The notes beneath the pieces are model-generated. The model was given only the letters and a program-made list of their open reading frames with translations. It was not told the DNA's origin and did not search any database. A stretch of 64,000 bases of DNA from Octopus vulgaris (lineage: Eukaryota): contig OX597831.1 in NCBI GenBank assembly GCA_951406725.2, positions 36,394,001 to 36,458,000 on the forward strand, given 5' to 3'. Position numbers and translations under genes: made by a program. Position 1 is the stretch's first letter, and every line of letters starts with the position of its first letter. Below, piece after piece: positions 62,432-64,000 of this stretch.

Positions 62432-63866
62432 ATTACCTCCGCCTTAGCGAAGGCGGTGGTATTGCTTACAGTCGTGTTTGTTTGTCCGTGGACAAGATAT
62501 CTCAAGAACTGCTGTATGGATTCGGGTGAAACTTTCAAGGATGTTTCGCCTCGTGACTGGTACGAACTGATTAGATTTTGGGATCGATCTGGTACCGGAT
62601 AAGAATTCTGAATTATTTTTCCTGTTTTTTCCTTAATTTTTGAGAGCAGTCGGGTTCATTTTTAGTATTCTCGTTTGTGAGAGCAGTCGAGTTTATTTCA
62701 GATATTCTCATTTTTTAAAAATCCTCTCTGGCTGATCATTGAAAAGACATTGGTGTTGCCTCCCATATACCTTGGAAGGCGAGCTTCCAGAATTATGGTA
62801 GAGGAGATCCCACCCAAAATTAATGTGGCCTGGGTGGCGGCTGCTGTACTTCTCGGTAACGAGGATGAAATAGCAGCCCTTCGGGCCACCATGACTGGAA
62901 ATACCATTTGGAGAGGACAAACGTTAGATATGATCATTCAGGGATCACAAGAAAATTTGGAAAGCATGACAGAGACAGTTACAATTGAGGACACGGTGCT
63001 GAGAGTGAGGGCAGAATCCCTCGACGCTTTAAATGTGGTCTAAAGGGGTCACATCAGAGCATACTGCCCTTCACCAACCAAGAAGACCCAGGAGGAACCA
63101 AGGGAGGATTCAATGAGAGCGAAGGAGGATTTACCATGAAGACGACGAGACGCGGAAGACAGTGGAAAGTAAGAACTCAAGAAAAAGGTAGAAGACAAAT
63201 CATAAAAATTTGAACACCCAACCCACACCTTCTCAGCCCACACAAACGCCAAACCTACCCACTCCTTTCCGACACACAAACAAAAGAAGAAATCACCAGC
63301 ACACAAGAACCCTCAAACTCCCTCCTCCAAGATAAAAAAGAAAAAATTGTTCAACGATAATGTACGATGACGCTAATGAAGAGTTGTATGATGAGGTAAG
63401 ATCTTGGAATGATAATCTTGGCAATGGAAACAAACGGTTTTCGATAACATCAAGGGTTGGCATTGCTTTTTATTACTTTCGGAGGCTCAAAGAAAGAGGG
63501 TATTGAAGTATAAAGGTGGATATAAGATGTGGGAGGTGGAAGTGGATAGGAATGATATGCCAGGCTGTGCGACCTATGAGGAATTATTGAAAGAACACGG
63601 GATAGATATTTTGGAAGGATCAGGATATAAAAGAAATTAAAGGCATAAATGAAGGTGCTTGGAGGTAGAGCCGAGTGTCTTCATTACATCTTTCATTTTC
63701 ATCTTGTCATTACATGTTTTTCATACGTTGTCCTATTTTCCCCTGTCTTGTGTCCCCACATGTCATGTATTGTCTCCTCTGTGTTCGCCCCACGGTGGGC
63801 AATAAAAAGAGGGCGTTGGTGTTGCCTTGGCGGAGGTTTGCGCTCTCTGTGTGTTCTTGTTTAGTT
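62432..63866 (+). mobile_element. Helentron-type non-autonomous element (HINE/DINE-like), host of the ORF1-only insertion
   Basis: 5' TTACCTCCGCC...GGCGG palindrome, GTTTGTTTGTCC tract, and 3' GGCGGAGGT sub-terminal inverted repeat followed by a short hairpin and TAGTT. Confidence 0.6.
62762..63808 (+). mobile_element. ORF1-only (zinc-knuckle, HAL1-like) non-LTR retroelement relic with TSD
   Basis: Gag/ORF1-like ORF at 62750-63043 leads, via frameshifts, into FKCGLKGHIRAYCP. No RT before the AATAAAAA end. TTGGTGTTGCCT is duplicated at 62750-62761 and 63816-63827. Confidence 0.7.
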
Positions 63867-64000
63867 TAATTTTTAAGAACCTAGCAATTCCTTGTGAATT
63901 GATTTGGAAGATAGAAACTGTGCAGAAGCCTATCGTGTTTACAAATGCCTTTACACGGTTTCATGACTGGCATCTAAATACAGAGAAATTAAGAATACTT

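Overview
AT-rich, microsatellite-dense eukaryotic intergenic or intronic DNA. The tRNA-derived SINE families resemble those described from Octopus, so a coleoid cephalopod source is inferred, not shown. No host protein-coding gene can be supported, and almost all listed ORFs are microsatellite or SINE artefacts. The window is a dense set of mobile elements with five main points of interest. (1) A near-perfect 2.5-kb palindrome (21118-23653) made of two head-to-head copies of a 5'-truncated Penelope-like retroelement (RT plus GIY-YIG, Naiad-type motifs). It is bracketed by direct repeats that look like Helitron 3' ends, each followed by (TA)n. (2) A Penelope/Poseidon-type family whose 3' UTR carries a tRNA-like Pol III head, an (AAT)n tract and a minimal type I hammerhead ribozyme; this module also occurs on its own with target-site duplications (TSDs). 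(3) Zinc-knuckle ORF1-only retroelements (HAL1-like) that share their 3' tail with one of the major SINE families. (4) Many Tc1/mariner, maT, Tigger, hAT-like, 8-bp-TSD and Helentron-type relics and MITEs. (5) Local tandem, inverted and chimeric duplications. All alignments were done by eye.
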